A DNA stretch of 64,000 nucleotides from Ramazzottius varieornatus (taxonomy: Eukaryota; Animalia; Tardigrada): contig BDGG01000010.1 of the NCBI GenBank assembly GCA_001949185.1, positions 1,621,773-1,685,772 on the forward strand, written 5' to 3'. Both the position numbers and the translations under genes were made by a program. The notes under the pieces were generated by a model. The model searched no databases. It saw only the letters and a program-made list of their open reading frames with translations, and was not told where the DNA came from. Below, piece by piece: positions 62,493-64,000 of the stretch; positions within the stretch are counted from its first letter, which is position 1, and every line of letters begins with the position of its first letter.

Positions 62493-64000
62493 ATGTTCCG
62501 GCGAAAGGTAACTTGCTCTGTTTACAACGGTCGCAGTTGTATGATTTCCATCCCAGTCGTATCTCCAACCACTAATCCATTACCCTGCTACTCTAGGCTG
62601 AAATCCCTGCTGAATGCAGAGATACCCAGAAAGAACAGGAGGAAGTGGACAAGAGCACACCTCAACTCGCTAAAGTCTTGACTGGACAGCATGCGGGCAT
62701 CACCGGCTTGGACTTCCATCCAACAAAATATCAGATCGGTATGTGACCGTATGTCTGTATTTGCACGAAAAGCAATATCAAATAGTGACAAATACCTATC
62801 GTTCTATCCAAGTACTTATCGTTCGTTACTCTGAAGGCAAACGCAATTTACTCTCCGGTTTTGTAGTGTCAAGCAGCACGGACGGTACCCTGGGACTGTG
62901 GAGCATCAAACCTAATACTCGAGCCTTTCGTATGGTTGGACATCGAGTACGGAACAACGCTGCTCGGACTGCATTATTTTGGACTCGTGCAGTCTTTTAA
63001 TTAGTCTTGTTGCTTTCCTCAGGACGCCGCGTTGTGCGTGCGTTTCTCCGCGGAAGGGCACATATTAGCTTCCGGATCAAGGGATAAAACTATTCGGATG
63101 TGGATTCCGAGTTCGTGAGTCCTGCTTTGTCGCGATGCTTTTTCATCTCCAGAAGCAATCTGTACAAGAAGAAAATATTCTGTTTTTGCAGGAGAGCAGA
63201 ATCTATGGCTATTCAGGCTCATACAGCAGCTGTGTCTTCGATCGATTTTTCTCTGGACACAACCATTTTTTGTAGCGGTTCTCACGACAAGTCGATAAAG
63301 GTGAGACCAATCAGCAAGGCTGCGAACTCCGTGGCATGGCGCAGCAGGTCATTCAGGCGATTTTCCCATACTTTAGTCATATTTTACAGTGCTCATGTAC
63401 AACAGAATTAGTTGGGCGCAGGAGATATTGCACTAATTTTGGTCGTAGATTTGGGATGGTCAGCAGTTCAAGTTCTTACAGAGCTTTACTGGTCACAATC
63501 ACTGGGTGCGCTCAGTCAGGCAAGTACTCTCGTGTGGCTTGCGTTGTTGTTTTCCTGCTTTAATGAGCTAAAGACTTACGATGGATGGTCCTATTCTAGG
63601 TTTTCTCCGGACTCCAAAACTGTGGTCTCTGCTGGACACGACAATACTATTAAGCTCTGGTCGGTGAAAGAGAAATCAATTCTTTACAGTATAGAGTCCT
63701 TTGGCGGGACGGTTAACCACGCCCAGTTCCACCCTTCCGGCAACTATATAGCCGCCGCCATCGACGATGGCTCCATCAAAGTTTGGGATGTCCGGAAGTC
63801 CTTCCAGCTCGTACAGCTATATCGAGGTAATTTTTCACGCCTCCTTCCTTCCTTATTGGTCAGGTAAACATCGTACCCTTGACGTTGTCGTAGTACACGA
63901 CGGTCCTGTCAATCAGCTGGACTTCCACCCCTCCGGCAGCTTGCTGATATCAGTCTCGGATGACAAAACCATCAAAATCATGGATGCTGCAAACGGCGAA
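62493..64000 (+). CDS. POC1: POC1 centriolar WD40 protein; partial, continues beyond the window
   Basis: Spliced repeats [26 protein letters not shown]|[70 protein letters not shown] are colinear with POC1A/B. Confidence 0.9.

Noticed and set aside
1695-64000. CEP164, EXOC6 and POC1 as a ciliogenesis gene cluster
   Set aside because: Separated by many unrelated genes. Co-occurrence is plausible by chance in a gene-dense genome without synteny data.
1-64000. CRISPR arrays, rRNA or tRNA genes
   Set aside because: No regularly spaced direct repeats or recognisable structural RNA genes seen by eye. tRNAscan-SE and Infernal would be needed to exclude small ncRNAs.

Overview
Eukaryotic (animal) genomic DNA with short GT-AG introns and dense genes. 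A compact invertebrate such as a tardigrade is a reasonable guess but cannot be proven here. The ORF track ignores introns, so I built gene models by hand-splicing; outer coordinates are best estimates. Gene order: CEP164-like (-), anamorsin/CIAPIN1 (-), divergent Elongin-C-like (+), SLC26A11-like anion transporter (+, 10-nt micro-exon), DIP/Lachesin-type 3-Ig gene A (-), GH18 chitinase-like (-), 3-Ig gene B (+), astacin metalloprotease fused to a hemopexin domain (-), MTO1 (-), a ~13 kb transposon-rich interval, EXOC6/Sec15 (+) and POC1 (+, runs off the end). The TE interval holds a truncated ALG2-like fragment, nested MITEs and a 7.2-kb hAT-type element with an exact 8-bp TSD. That element contains a decayed THAP domain and a full-length, intron-bearing DD34E Tc1 element. 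The most striking observation is that this Tc1 carries an antisense actin C-terminal fragment ending 1 nt before the transposase ATG. Also notable: the astacin-hemopexin hybrid, loss of the Ig1 cysteine in one Ig paralog, and a dispersed family of ~60-120 bp palindromes.
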